Origin: a virus
IMG/VR virus record: IMGVR_UViG_3300029858_000001
Span: 91,123 to 155,122 of that record
Strand: one strand, 5' to 3'
Length of the DNA stretch: 64,000 bases
Shown: positions 48,710 through 59,967 of the stretch, piece after piece
How the letters are laid out: the number at the start of each line of letters is the position of its first letter
Position numbering within the stretch: position 1 is the stretch's first letter
Notes under the pieces: model-generated
What the model saw: only the letters and a program-made list of their open reading frames with translations
Told to the model about the DNA's origin: nothing
Database searches by the model: none
Translations under genes and position numbers: made by a program

Positions 48710-49486
48710 TTACGCGATTCGCATAATCTTAACGCCCTTTTGATGATCAGGCATTTCATAAACCTTGACAACCTACCATTGGATAGAGCCATCACCAGAC
48801 TTAGAAAGCATACCATCAGTAGCACGAGGACTTAAAACATCGCCAACTGCAAGAGTAGCTTCGGCAATAGTATTAGTCGTAAAAATATCACCAACATTGG
48901 TCTTGAAAACACGAGGAACCATATTAGTACCAGCGGGCATTCTACGGGCCTCATAAGGACCATCAAAATGTAAAGGATCTTCTTCATAGAAGAGTTCACG
49001 AATATCAGGACCAGCAGTAACATCATCATACTCATAAGTATGTTGTACACCCTGACTATCTGTAATAGTCATAGAAGTATTACCTTCGGCGTCCTTACCA
49101 TTTAAATAACGAGCCTGACGTGTACCAATTTCCTGCTTACCATCATATGGGCTGTAGTAACGAGCCTGATAATCATCTTTGCGCATAGCAAATTCGCAAT
49201 CAGCTTGTTCCTCACGATAAAGTTTAATTTCATTATAAACTAACATCCATTCGCCCTTGCCAGTGAAATCAACTTCACCAAGGTCACCAGCAGCATAGTC
49301 ATACTTAACAAACTGGCCATTTTCAAGAAGCTGGATATTTTTGTTAGCAGGTAATTGAGCGTAAATCTGACCAGTGCGCTGAGCACTTAAATGATTAGGC
49401 TCAACCTGACCATAGCCATATTCAACGTAACCGCCCTTAACAGCAGATACGCCGCTTAGGTCTTTAAGCATATCTTTTAAAAGCAT
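48710..49486 (-). CDS. Hypothetical capsid-associated protein (~258 aa), one TAG
   Basis: Track ORF 48773..49486 continues through TAG 48773 for 20 codons to TAA 48710-12. Confidence 0.5.
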
Positions 49487-49510
49487 TAGGTTTTCCTCCT
49501 TAAAAATTTA

Positions 49511-51076
49511 TTATTCCATAGTTTTCGCAACATCCTATACTGCCTTAATCCAAGCAGGAATGCTATCGTCATTTACATCATTATTAATATTATATGTAAG
49601 TGGGTCATTTTCTTTCTTGTCATTAGTATCGAAATTGACCTTATTGCGAACACAGATAATAGAAAGCTTTGCTTCAATATCATCTAATGAATAAGTATCA
49701 ATATTAGCAACAACATCTTTCTTATCATCATCAGATAACATATAGAAACTATTAATCATTTCTTGCTTTTTGTCTCTTTCAGCTTCAGTTTTAAACTGAG
49801 TTAAAGAAGCAAGTTCTTGTTCGAGCTGTGTTTGCTTTTCAACTAATTCATTATACTTAGTTTCAAGCGCGGCATACTCATCTTTTAATAAACCATACTC
49901 AACTACATCTTCCAAAGAGTACTTAGCTTTCTTTTTCTTTTTTTTCTCTTCGTCATCCTCAGTTGGTTCTCCTTCTTCATCAGAAGTATCAGTTGGTTTA
50001 TTTTCGGGAGTGTCCTTCTTTTCACCATCTTTTGGCTGATCTTTAGAAGGATCTTCCTTATTATTATCATTATTCTCTTTATTGTCTTTATCTTTTTCGT
50101 CCTTTTTTTTCTTCGCAAATTCTGCGACTTTTTCAGGATCGAATTGAGGATTATCAGAAACAGAATAATCAGTTAATTCAGAAACTTCGCCAGGAGTGAA
50201 AGTATCGTTCTCCATAGAAAAATCTAAACGAACAAACTTATCATCTTCCTTGACAATAGCAAATAAATTACCATTGTCTTCGCAAACTTCTTCAATCATT
50301 GCATTACCTGCTCCGAAGCCCTTAATGTAAGAATAAAGAGAAGTCCAAATGGAATCACCAATCTCCACACTATATCTTGTGAACACTTTTGTTCCTCCTT
50401 TACCTTCTAATAATTCTTTTAAATCTTTCATCATAGAGAATAATTGCTCATTAAATTTATCACTAAATGAGAAATGCATCGTAGGAGCAGTAATATTAGC
50501 TCCTTCAAAGCAAGGTTCACAATCTTCTCCAAGAATACAAAGTTTCTTAATTATTGCTTCATTTATAATAAAAAATTCGGGCATTCCATTCTTATCTTTC
50601 GACCAATACGCATTAATTTTTTCATCATCTAATTCCATAGATTGATTATTACCTTTTTCAATAATGCGCTTACTTTCTGGATAGATATCTGTCCAGATAT
50701 AGCCTTCAGTCATTAAATATTCATGCTCGTTTTTTCCATCATCTAAGAATTTCTAAAACCAAACTTTTGCTCCTAAGTCTACAAAACCATAAGGAACAGT
50801 GGTATCTTTTACATCAAATTTACCATTAGAAATATCAATTACACGATTATGTTCTTCATAATCTCCATTAGCTTCATTGTAATAACCAACAATGGGGCTA
50901 CCTGGTAAACTCTACGCTAAATCTTTAGCAACTTCTTTTGTTATAATACTTCTATTGCGATTTGGTTTATCACTAACATAGCAGACTTTAATCTAACACT
51001 TAGAAATTAAAGGATTGATTTTAGTGATATTAATAAACTCAACAGGAGTATCTAACTTAACACTTGTATGTCTCAC
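49511..51076 (-). CDS. Scaffold-like protein with an acidic low-complexity linker and coiled coil
   Basis: GTG 51076, 8 nt after AGGAGG. In frame with track ORF 49535..50713. D/E/K-rich linker then a coiled-coil. TAG 49535, then TAA 49511. Confidence 0.4.
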
Positions 51077-51088
51077 TATAAATCCTCC

Positions 51089-52774
51089 TTATTTACCAGC
51101 AGCTTGACGATTAGCAATTGTTTTTTCGCTCTTTTCATCGTTAGCTTTTTCTGGTCGGCCACCCTCTTTAGTTTCTGTTTTTACAGTGGTATTTCCACTT
51201 GTTTTATTTTGAGAAGTGTTAGAACTATTCTAATCTTTTTTACCCAAAATATCTTCACCATTTAATGTAGAACTCATAAGAGGTGGTATCATAACTTCAC
51301 TTAAGTGTAAAACTTCGTTTTCAAAATGAGCTGTATTAAGAATAAAACTCTATGATTGTCCAAGAGCAATCTAAGGTAACATTTTAGAGAAACCAATCTA
51401 AGTTTGCTCTTTATACATTTTAGATAAATCTTTATAATTATACTATGTAGTTTCTAACATATAGAATTTATAATTATATTTTTTCTAAACATTCAGGACT
51501 GATAATATTCTATCAAAAAATATGTTGAATTGCAAAATTAAATTACGCATGGTAGATTCATCATCTAAGATAGACTTTTCTAGGGCGATATTACCATCTG
51601 TATTAAACAAATTGCGCGAAACACCAAATGCATTATATACAGTTCGTTCAACACGCTCTAATTCATCTGTAGTAGCAGAAGTATTTTTATCAGAAGTATC
51701 AATAGCATCTACATCAGCAAAAGTAGTTAATACATCAACACCTACTGCTCTACGAAGCATTTCAACAGCATTATTATGAATATCACGAGCTTCATCAATA
51801 TCAAAAATCAAATCACCATTTTTATCAAGCGGTAATTTCTAAACTAAAATTTTTAACAATTTCTGCATTTGTTTGCGGCGGTCCAAATCTTGTGCAGCAT
51901 CCAAATCTAAAATCGCAGGAATAGCATTTACAAATAATGGAATATCATTAGTACCATTTAAAGCAAATTTAATAGTGCTTTGTGGATCTAATAAATACCA
52001 GCTACCAGTATTATCCCCAGCTACATCAGGTAAAAGTTTACCAGCTTTATAAAGACGATAACCTATTGTAAATTCATCAGGGAATAATTTTAATACTCTA
52101 TTACGATAATTAGTATCTACAAAAGTATCAAAGTATCTCATATCAAATTCAATAGCAGGTAAATTACCTACTGAATACCTTGAACGGCAATACTCAATAG
52201 GAAGTTGCTATAAAATTAAGCCAGTGCTTGATGGAACAATATAAGCATAGTAGGCTCCGCATTTGATAACTTCAAGAGCCATATCGCCACAAATTTTCTT
52301 AATATAAGAATTATCTAAATAATTTAAAATTCGCCAGAAATCTTTTACTGCTTTTGTTTCATTAATGTCTTTAACAGTAGAGCCATCAGTATTATTAGAC
52401 TAAATAGCAATAGCCCAATCATAACGATACATATTCGCAAAATAATTACATACCCTTTGATAAATACCACTTACTCTAAAAAAGAAACGTGATATTCTTC
52501 GCAGTTCTTGAATATCATTACGAATTAAAGCATCCATAACCATAGGCTTTGTATAAATACGTTCACGGCTATATTTTTCACTACGACGACCGTAAGTGTC
52601 CCATCTGAAAGAACCAAGATTTAAGACAGCATCATCTAATGTCTTAACACCAACCTTAATCTTCTTATACTCACTAGGGCCAACTGCAGAATACTCGCGT
52701 GTTCCTCCAGTTATGTCAAAACCTTTTTTATGTATCTATTCATTTCTGGTTAATTCTTCCTTTTCTAATTCCAT
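51089..52774 (-). CDS. Portal protein (~560 aa), TAG-containing
   Basis: ATG 52774 after AGGTGA. Track ORFs 51839..52141 and 51485..51811 are in frame. Gene order is TerL, small gene, then this. Size fits a portal. Confidence 0.5.
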
Positions 52775-52791
52775 ACTTCACCTTCTTTCAA

Positions 52792-53148
52792 TTAATATCC
52801 AGCTTTTCGCATTATATAATCATAAGAAATTAAATTTTCTTCTGTATAAGGAATTTCTATTAAATGTAAATCATGTAAAGCACAGAATCTACGTTTTTGA
52901 TTATCATTATATTGCTATTGATATAATCCGCGTTTTCCACCAAATTTATTACTGGCTTCATAATGCTATTTCCCTTGATATTCAATTAAAAAATCAATAT
53001 TATTATCATCATCAAATATGACAAAATCAAAACGTAAAGGACGACCGTTATGTGTTTTTAAATCTGGAAATATATATTCCATCTTAAAATTCAGGCCGGC
53101 TTCTTCTAAGATTTCTCTAATCTTAATTTCCGCACGACTGGCATCCAT
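52792..53148 (-). CDS. Small PD-(D/E)xK / Vsr-DUF559-like endonuclease (possible free-standing homing endonuclease), one TAG
   Basis: DFVIFDDDNNIDFLIEYQGK(TAG)HY resembles the D...(I/L)E-x-(D/Q)G-x-x-H core of Vsr-like nucleases. It sits between terL and portal. Confidence 0.4.
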
Positions 53149-53184
53149 ATATTAAGTCTCCTTTCTTATCTACAAATAAATTCC

Positions 53185-53227
53185 TCTTATTATTCTTTTA
53201 AAAATTAATTTAAAAGAATAATAAGAG
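53185..53227. other. Perfect 19-bp AT-rich inverted repeat immediately downstream of terL
   Basis: ctcttattattcttttaaa / tttaaaagaataataagag with a 5-nt loop. Confidence 0.5.
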
Positions 53228-53236
53228 TTGCCCGGC

Positions 53237-54988
53237 TTAATTCATAAACATCCAATCAGCAGCCCGGAATTTTTTCTTCTTTTTATCTTCTTCTATTTTT
53301 TTTATATAATATAATCCATACTCTAATGCAGAGAATTTATCCTTTTTAATACTTTTATTAGCTTGTTTTAAAATTATATTTAAGCCTTCATTTTCTTCAC
53401 GCAAATTCATAATCTCTTCGCGCAATGAAGTAGTTAAACTAAATGGTCTTAAATAATCAGATCGCGCCTCTGTGGTCATATTCTAACCCACTTTAGTAGT
53501 TAATAATTTCTATTTAGCAGTTCGTTCATCAATTAAAAATTTGATCTTACCAGAATTTAACACTGACTAAGTAATACTATGTGCTTCAGTATTGATTGGT
53601 GCATTAGCTTTCATTAAATATAAAACGTCTAATTCTGTGCTATTGGTTTTATATTTTTTATATTCTTGAACTGCATCATCTTGAGTTCCACCATAAACTC
53701 CAAAATCAGGAATTACTTCAGAAGTTTCAGGATTAATCTAAGGCTTAACCATAAAATCTACTAAACCAACACCAAGTCCATTAGCATCTATTACAATTCT
53801 ACGAGCTTTATACTTATAATATAATTTTTTAAGTTTAATAGCCTAATCTTCAAAATGTGTATCATTCATAGTATAAATATTAACTAAACTTTTAATTGGC
53901 TCACCATGCGGTTGTGGTGTTACTTTAAATATACAGACAACAGTATCACACCCTTTACGGCCTACATCAACACTTAATATATAATAAGATAATTTACTTG
54001 AACGGCCAGAAGCTTCATATTCAGGCTAATTCAGTATTCTATTCCTATTAAATATTTCTGCATTAAAGAAAGCATCTTCAACAGTACCAGACCAGATTGA
54101 TTCATATTCACGTTCGAAAGAAGCTTCATTATAAGTTCCTTCATTTTTCTGGTCAGTAATAAATGTCTTCTACTGTAATCCAACAGCAACAGGAGTTCGC
54201 CAAGTTCCACCTAATACCATACATCTATCAGGCTATGTAATCATACGAACTAATAAACCAATTAATCTATCATAAGGATATGTATTTTTATAACCAGCAG
54301 TAGTAATATAAATCTATGATTTATTTACTGCTTCCTCTTCATGAGTTGTACCATCCTTAGCTCTACGAGGAATAGCCATAACTGGTATAATGACTTCGCG
54401 CAAAATCTAATCATCAATACCTACACATTCTTCCATTAGACCGCCATGACGACGCTGACCACGAGTACTTTCTCTCGCGGCTAAGTTATCAAGGACAGAC
54501 CCATTTTTAAATACATAACGTACTTTATCTTTACTCTCTTGGCTCTTGCCTCGACCCCAATCAATTTCGCGTTTAAAACTTGGTATTAAATCACAAATTT
54601 CATTAACTTTATCATGTAGAATACTTGCGCCTTGTTCCTTACCGCCAGAAGTAACAAATAAATGAACACCAGGATAAAGAATACATCTAACCATTAATGC
54701 CATGACTGATAAGAATGATTTAGAATAAGCACGAGGAAAAACTGCATAAACGTACTGATAACGCATTACACATCTTAAAAAAACACGCTGATAGAAGAAA
54801 AACTTAAATTCTCCTTCTTTCTATTCTGTACGGGTTCCTCGTACTAAAAAATCAACAAATAAATCTGGATATTCGCGCCAAAAGGCAGTATATTTACGAA
54901 TGACTGGCATTACAGCATTAATACGTTCTTCAGAAAGACCTATCTTTTTTCTACTGGTAGATAGGTCAAGTAAATCTTGTAACGCCAT
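53237..54988 (-). CDS. terL: Terminase large subunit, TAG-rich
   Basis: The N-terminal ATPase region spans YQYVYAVFPRAYSKSF. C-terminal nuclease motif IDANGLGVGLVD. Track ORFs 54407..54766 and 53237..53479 are in frame with ATG 54988. Confidence 0.7.
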
Positions 54989-56202
54989 TAATCTTCTCTA
55001 TCAGAGAAAGCATCTATATCTAACTCTGTTTCATTATCTAAAAATTCACTAAAGTCTTCAATGTCTTTATCTTCTAAAGTTTTTTCAATGTCTTCAATAG
55101 ACATATCAACATCATCAACAATTGTATCTTCGACGTTTTCTTTAGCCTATTCATCTTCTTTAGCGTTTTGTTTTAATGCCTAATCAATCATATTGCCAAG
55201 ATTAGTTTCTCGTTCAATTAAAGTGCGTGTATATTTTTGCATATCTTTAATTGTAAAATCTACTTTATCATTCGGAGTATCAATATAATATCTTTCGATA
55301 TAACCTTGTTTCTCACACATTTCTATTAATTCACCAACAGAATCAATAAAATCACCAGACTCTTCTTTATTCTGAGCCGCAGTAAATTTGCCCGATTTCA
55401 TTAAAGAATCATACATTTTAATCATCTTTTGGGCGCCGTCCACATCACCTATATCTAATAACTAATTAGATTTTAATGATGTCTTACAGGCAAGTTTTAA
55501 TGTATCAATATGGCCTGCGGACTAAATATCGTAAGACTACATCATTTCATTAAATAATTGCTCTAAACGCACCCATTCATCAGGACTATAACCTTTTCCC
55601 CATTTTAAATAAAGATACCGTTTATCTTCGTCTGTCAGTTCTGCGCCTAAATCAGGAACCTCAAAATCTAATTTATCTTTAAAATAATCTTCTGTAGAAT
55701 TCCCAAAATCTAGGGGAGGAGGCGCTGGAGGAGGCGGCTCTTTTAATTCTTCTGATGGCAAAGCAAATGAAGCACGTTGAATGGCTGTAGTGATATCTTG
55801 AATGTCATACCCCTATTGCTTCATTGTTTCTTCTATTTTTTTATTTTGTAAGTCTTGCAAGAATTGACTATCTTTCCATCTGTAATCTTTCCATTGATTT
55901 AATTTCATTGCAGAGAGATAGCGACCTAATATTGTCATTCCAGTGACTTTTGTTCTATCCTTCGCAAATTTACCCATTAACTAATTCCACTATTCAGGAA
56001 TGTAAGGAACATCACATTCTTGCAATATCCATAGATAAGTATCCGGATTCCAATTATCTACATGCATTGTTATACATTTTTTACATTTTGGTAATTTACC
56101 ATCATTAGGATATTTATCTAAATTATTAGATGTATAAAACTAAGTTCCATCCATAGTTTTATTACATTTTTCACAGTAATATTGTTTACCTTCGCTGGAC
56201 AA
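54988..56202 (-). CDS. Zn-ribbon protein with a Pro-rich linker and acidic C-terminus; terminase small subunit candidate by position
   Basis: TTG 56202 after AAAGGAG. CEKC...CKKC at the N-terminus. Track ORFs 55537..55761 and 55180..55443 are in frame. TAA overlaps the terL ATG. Confidence 0.4.
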
Positions 56203-56220
56203 TCAATATTTCTCCTTTCT

Positions 56221-57285
56221 TTAGGATTTCATTTTTTCTTTACGAGAACTATTTCGGCATTTTTTGCATATACTATAAAATCCATCTTTACTTGTTTTAT
56301 TATAGGAAAAATATTTATTGTGAGCCAATTTAATTTGCCCACATCTACTGCATTTTTTATACTTACCTTTTTCTTGAGTCGTATAATACCATTCTAAATA
56401 TTTATCAACGGCTTTATCAGCAATAAGTTTTGGTATTTTATTGCGGAATAAACTTGATATATATTCTAAGCTGTGAGTAATATTAAATTCTTCTTGTAAA
56501 ATTTTTTGAATCTCTATATTTTGTAATCCATCAATTTTACATTCTACAATGCGCATTAACATAGGATAGTCAGCTAAGGCTTCATCGCAAATATTTTCAA
56601 AATCATAAATAAGATACCAAGTATCATCTTCAAAACGATCCCAACTGTCTTCTTTTAATCGAGAATAGTTACATAAGACACAAGAGCAAATTTCAGGATT
56701 CATTAATGAAATTCCTTCGGGAATTGGATATCCATCATCATCGAACATTTTTACATCTTCATCTAATTTAATTTTATATTTAGATCGTGTAAGTTTTACT
56801 GGTACTATTGGTTTTCGATAAGCATTTTTAATAACATATTGATCTTTGCGCATTTCTATTAATGCCTTTTTTATAGTGAAAGCATCTTTACCACTTACTA
56901 CTTTCATTTTTGCTTCCCAAGTTGTAATAGCGTCTTTTAATTGTTTTAAGCTAGGAATTTCTTCTAAATCTTTTTTTGTAATTGTAACTTTTGGCTAAAA
57001 TATCATATTCTTATCACTATTAATTAAATTATATATACCATCTTCACCATTCTCTAACTGGGAAACAAGTCCTTCGAAAGAAGTTTCACGTTTATTAACT
57101 GTCATTAATCTATTATCAGTTAATATTTTCTTTTCTTTTTTTTCTTGTTTCTCCATACATAGAATTAGATAATCTGCGAGGATTTCTAAATACTTTTCAT
57201 TAGGATTTGGATTTTCCTCTAAAATTTTTTTTACTAATTCATTTCGTTCTTCAGGAGTTTCAAGAGTATAATCTAATTTTATCAA
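56221..57285 (-). CDS. First late-operon protein (~354 aa) with a C-terminal CxxC...CxxC zinc ribbon; possible DNA-binding or regulatory protein
   Basis: TTG 57285 after AGGATTGGAGG. Track ORFs 56995..57342 and 56221..56907 are in frame, joined through TAG 56995. The ATG at 57342 lies inside the -35 box. Confidence 0.45.
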
Positions 57286-57313
57286 GATTAATACCTCCAA
57301 TCCTTCTAAAAAA

Positions 57314-57342
57314 ATTATAACACAAAAAATTTGCAAAGTCAA
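57314..57342 (-). promoter_or_regulatory. Consensus promoter for the 43-kb late operon (TTGACT, 17 nt, TATAAT on the minus strand)
   Basis: Revcomp of 57337-42 is ttgact. Revcomp of 57314-19 is tataat. The spacer is exactly 17 nt. Confidence 0.6.
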
Positions 57343-57396
57343 CCATGGCCAAAAATTTTTATAGTATTTAATAAAAAAATTATGTAAAATGTAAAA

Positions 57397-57425
57397 TTGA
57401 CAATTATAAAAATTTTTTATATAAT
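57397..57425 (+). promoter_or_regulatory. Divergent consensus promoter (TTGACA, 17 nt, TATAAT) for the plus-strand early genes
   Basis: ttgaca attataaaaatttttta tataat. Confidence 0.6.
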
Positions 57426-57454
57426 AATTATATAAAATTAAAGGAGATAATTTT

Positions 57455-57610
57455 ATGAGAAAACCTCGTGGTATTTTAGGTAGTATGGCTTCTAAAGCTA
57501 AGCGTAGAGCAACTAATAGCGCAACTAGAGCTGTTTATCAACTTATGTGGGGTGAAAATCCTAAACAGCAAGGAGCTTATAATCCTGTTAAGGAACGTAA
57601 GAAAAAGTAA
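57455..57610 (+). CDS. Small basic protein (51 aa)
   Basis: AAAGGAG RBS. Sequence MRKPRGILGSMASKAKRRATNS... Confidence 0.4.
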   Translation: MRKPRGILGSMASKAKRRATNSATRAVYQLMWGENPKQQGAYNPVKERKKK

Positions 57611-57645
57611 ATATATTATATTTAAAAATTGAGGGAAGTGATTTA

Positions 57646-58083
57646 ATGAAGTTTGTCCATGGGCTTCTTTTAGGTACTGGGGCGGCGTTTGGTTTAGGAT
57701 GTGCGGCCAGATTTATTTACGGTAAAATTATTGAAGCAAAAATTTATAAAGATTATACTAAAGCGCTTGAAGATTTTATGAATTTCAAAAGCGATAAAAA
57801 ATATATTGAATATAATAAAGGGCTAGAAGAAAAATATATTGGGCCTGGAATAGTTCATGTCATTAAAAATAAAAAAGATTTAATGGCTATTGACTTATCT
57901 AAATATGAAGAAGAGGGAGATCCAATCGGCATTACTCTTGGTTCTAAAATTGTAGATAAAGAAGATCAATATATTATACCTGAAGTAGAAGTTTATAAAT
58001 TTAAAAATGGATATACAAATTATCGGTTCCATCAAGAACGAGGAGTAATTGACCCTAATGAAGGTATTATTCCTTTTGATTAA
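57646..58083 (+). CDS. Membrane-anchored hypothetical protein
   Basis: N-terminal TM. GAGGGAAG RBS. Confidence 0.5.
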   Translation: MKFVHGLLLGTGAAFGLGCAARFIYGKIIEAKIYKDYTKALEDFMNFKSDKKYIEYNKGLEEKYIGPGIVHVIKNKKDLMAIDLSKYEEEGDPIGITLGSKIVDKEDQYIIPEVEVYKFKNGYTNYRFHQERGVIDPNEGIIPFD

Positions 58084-58112
58084 TTTATGTTAAGATCTTG
58101 TTAAGAAAAATT

Positions 58113-58141
58113 TTGACAAAAAACAAAAAATTTTGTAAAAT
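58113..58141 (+). promoter_or_regulatory. Promoter-like element (TTGACA, 17 nt, TAAAAT)
   Basis: ttgaca aaaaacaaaaaattttg taaaat. Confidence 0.45.
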
Positions 58142-58202
58142 AAGTTATAAAATTTGTGGGATGGTTCACACTCTCCCAATTAAAAAGAAAGGAGTGAGTT
58201 TA

Positions 58203-58403
58203 ATGCTGAAAACAGCTTATACAAGAAAACTCGATACAGTTGGACGTTTAATGATTCCTTCTAAACTTCGTGAAGAATTGCATATGGTAAATGGTCATAA
58301 TTATGAATTTTATATTGACGAAGTAGATGGTAAGACTTTTTTATGTATTGAATGTCCTGAAGCCAGTGACGCCGTAGCTCTTGCAAAAGAAACGTTGGAA
58401 TAG
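58203..58403 (+). CDS. AbrB/SpoVT/MazE-family swapped-hairpin DNA-binding protein
   Basis: KLDTVGRLMIPSKLREEL matches the AbrB-N GRvviP..iR motif. RBS AAAGGAG. ATG 58203. Confidence 0.6.
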   Translation: MLKTAYTRKLDTVGRLMIPSKLREELHMVNGHNYEFYIDEVDGKTFLCIECPEASDAVALAKETLE

Positions 58404-58439
58404 AATGGGTATCGAGTAATTAAAGAATAATTAGATTAA

Positions 58440-58475
58440 AGCGGGAAAATATTTTCCCGCTTATTTTTTTTTATA
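58440..58475 (+). terminator. Rho-independent terminator
   Basis: aagcgggaaaatattttcccgctt followed by T10. Confidence 0.8.
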
Positions 58476-58595
58476 AAAATCGTTTTTTAAAATTGAAATA
58501 ATTATCGTTTTCTGAAATTAAAATTATTATCGTTTTTTGAAATTGAAAATGAGTTTAGAAATTATTATCGTTATCTGAAATTGGAATTGAGTTTA
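58469..58595. repeat. Four iteron-like direct repeats (core tatcgtttt[ct]tgaaatt), spaced 25, 25 and 38 bp
   Basis: Units start at 58469, 58494, 58519 and 58557. The last two carry an extra gagtttagaaattatt module. Confidence 0.6.
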
Positions 58596-58654
58596 GAAAT
58601 TATTTTGCCAGGCAGGAAGATTTATCCATTTTTTCCATTTTTTTTACACGAAAC

Positions 58655-58725
58655 CCTGCCCCCCACTTCACTTGACTAAAGTGTTAAAGTCTATTGTCTT
58701 ACTTTACTTGAGTGAAGTGAGTTAG
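58655..58725. repeat. Long imperfect palindrome (cacttcacttgactaaag ... ctttacttgagtgaagtg)
   Basis: 14 of 18 positions match between the arms. Flanked by C-runs. Confidence 0.4.
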
Positions 58726-58774
58726 ATACGACTAACCCCCGAAAAAAATATTTCGTTTTTTTTGAAAAAAGTTC

Positions 58775-58802
58775 TTGACTTTTTGGAAATAGCCGCTATA
58801 AT
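58775..58802 (+). promoter_or_regulatory. Near-consensus promoter P1 (TTGACT, 16 nt, TATAAT)
   Basis: aaaaagttcttgact ttttggaaatagccgc tataat. Confidence 0.6.
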
Positions 58803-58885
58803 GATAATCAGAAATCAACCACAAGGCAATGCAAAACAAGCCGCAAGGCAAGCGAAAAAAATTCAAGAAATTTTGAAAAAAGTTC

Positions 58886-58914
58886 TTGACAAACAGAGCG
58901 CCATGTGGTACAAT
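58886..58914 (+). promoter_or_regulatory. Consensus promoter P2 (TTGACA, 17 nt, TACAAT), a tandem duplicate of the P1 upstream context
   Basis: The shared upstream motif ttgaaaaaagttcttgac occurs at both P1 and P2. Confidence 0.6.
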
Positions 58915-58921
58915 TCAAAAT

Positions 58922-59173
58922 GTCAAGAGGACAGAGACAGACCACAGCAAGTTCTCTTGTGTGACGTAAAATGACCGGCAGACGCGGACAGCACCGAACC
59001 GCTTGCACCTTGTAAAGTGAATTTAAGCCAAACGCCTGCACCGCACAGCGGGCGCAATGGTAGAACATGGAAAGTGCGGTGCAAGCTGTAGGGCAGTCCA
59101 ACGCCTACGGCAGACAGCATCACGGACAGGTGACACCTAACAGTCAAATAATATGTAAAGGATTGGTAAAATC
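58922..59173 (+). ncRNA. GC-rich, highly structured ~250-nt leader (or small RNA) between P2 and the first ORF, with mutually exclusive helices
   Basis: gcttgcacc (58996) and tgcaccgcac (59037) can each pair with the overlapping gtgcggtgcaagc (59074-86). GC here is ~55 % against ~30 % elsewhere. Confidence 0.3.
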
Positions 59174-59578
59174 ATGGTTATAAACATATTCACAAGTAAG
59201 GAAGATAAGGAAAAAGCTATCAAGACAGAGCTTGCTGAGCAGGCACAGGACTTGGTAGGATATGTCAAGCAGTACCATATGTTGGGGGACGAGTTCGACT
59301 ATGAACGCACCCTTGAGACATATCATTGTTATGCGGCAAGTAACATTGACGCATGGGATAGCTTAACATGGGCTATTGATAGCGCAGAATATGACCTTGA
59401 GCATACGCCATATAATATGGATATGGAAACCGGCTGTCCATGTGCTGAATATGATGCAATTTACCAGAAGCTGGCAGATATGCGCGAAGAAGCCGAGGAA
59501 TGGGCAAACACCTTTGAGCATATGTTCGAGGACTTCTTTAATAAGCTGTATGACCTGTTATATGGTGAAGAAGCATAA
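59174..59578 (+). CDS. Acidic hypothetical early protein
   Basis: Intact ORF with RBS. TAA stop. Confidence 0.5.
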   Translation: MVINIFTSKEDKEKAIKTELAEQAQDLVGYVKQYHMLGDEFDYERTLETYHCYAASNIDAWDSLTWAIDSAEYDLEHTPYNMDMETGCPCAEYDAIYQKLADMREEAEEWANTFEHMFEDFFNKLYDLLYGEEA

Positions 59579-59631
59579 GCTTCTTCACCCATTCACCTAA
59601 CAACACTTTGACATTATATGGAGGTAAAACT

Positions 59632-59967
59632 ATGAACCGTATCAATAGAAGAGCCATTCGCAAGGAAGCGCTGATGAACACCATCGAGCGCGTTAATACT
59701 GCCATCAGCAAGGTTAACTTCTCTGACCCTAATGGCAAGGACACCTTCCACAAGCTGTTGGACAAGAAGGACTATATTGCTCAGCAGATCGCCGAAGCCA
59801 GCTACACCGAGTATTCGATGAAAGCTAACTATAATGAGGTCAAACGCATTCTCTCTCATATGGATGAAGGCGGCTGTGCTGAGTGGGTCAAGTGGGACAT
59901 TAAGCAGCTGGCAGCAAGTCGGCGTCGCTGGGCTATCGCCACAAGCAAGCAGATTTGGTTGGGCTAA
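59632..59967 (+). CDS. Hypothetical early protein
   Basis: ATG 59632 after GGAGGT. Confidence 0.5.
   Translation: MNRINRRAIRKEALMNTIERVNTAISKVNFSDPNGKDTFHKLLDKKDYIAQQIAEASYTEYSMKANYNEVKRILSHMDEGGCAEWVKWDIKQLAASRRRWAIATSKQIWLG

Noticed and set aside
55790-55830. Apparent programmed frameshift inside the gene upstream of terL
   Set aside because: This was my own transcription error: a dropped G in the cccc run at 55806-55809. With the correct sequence the frame is continuous.
57342-57342. ATG used by the track as the start of ORF 56995..57342
   Set aside because: It lies inside the -35 box of the late promoter. The TTG at 57285 follows a GGAGG RBS and is the likely start.
58469-58595. CRISPR array?
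   Set aside because: There are only four AT-rich units with irregular 25/25/38 spacing and repeated rather than unique spacers. It is iteron-like, not CRISPR.
58762-58974. Track ORF (70 aa) spanning promoters P1 and P2
   Set aside because: It overlaps two consensus promoter hexamer pairs and has no RBS. The run of Lys codons is just the A-rich promoter context.
58950-59130. Possible tRNA in the GC-rich leader (gcgcaatggtagaac looks D-arm-like)
   Set aside because: No matching acceptor stem, no T-loop GTTCRANYC, and the wrong spacing. It is treated as a structured leader instead.
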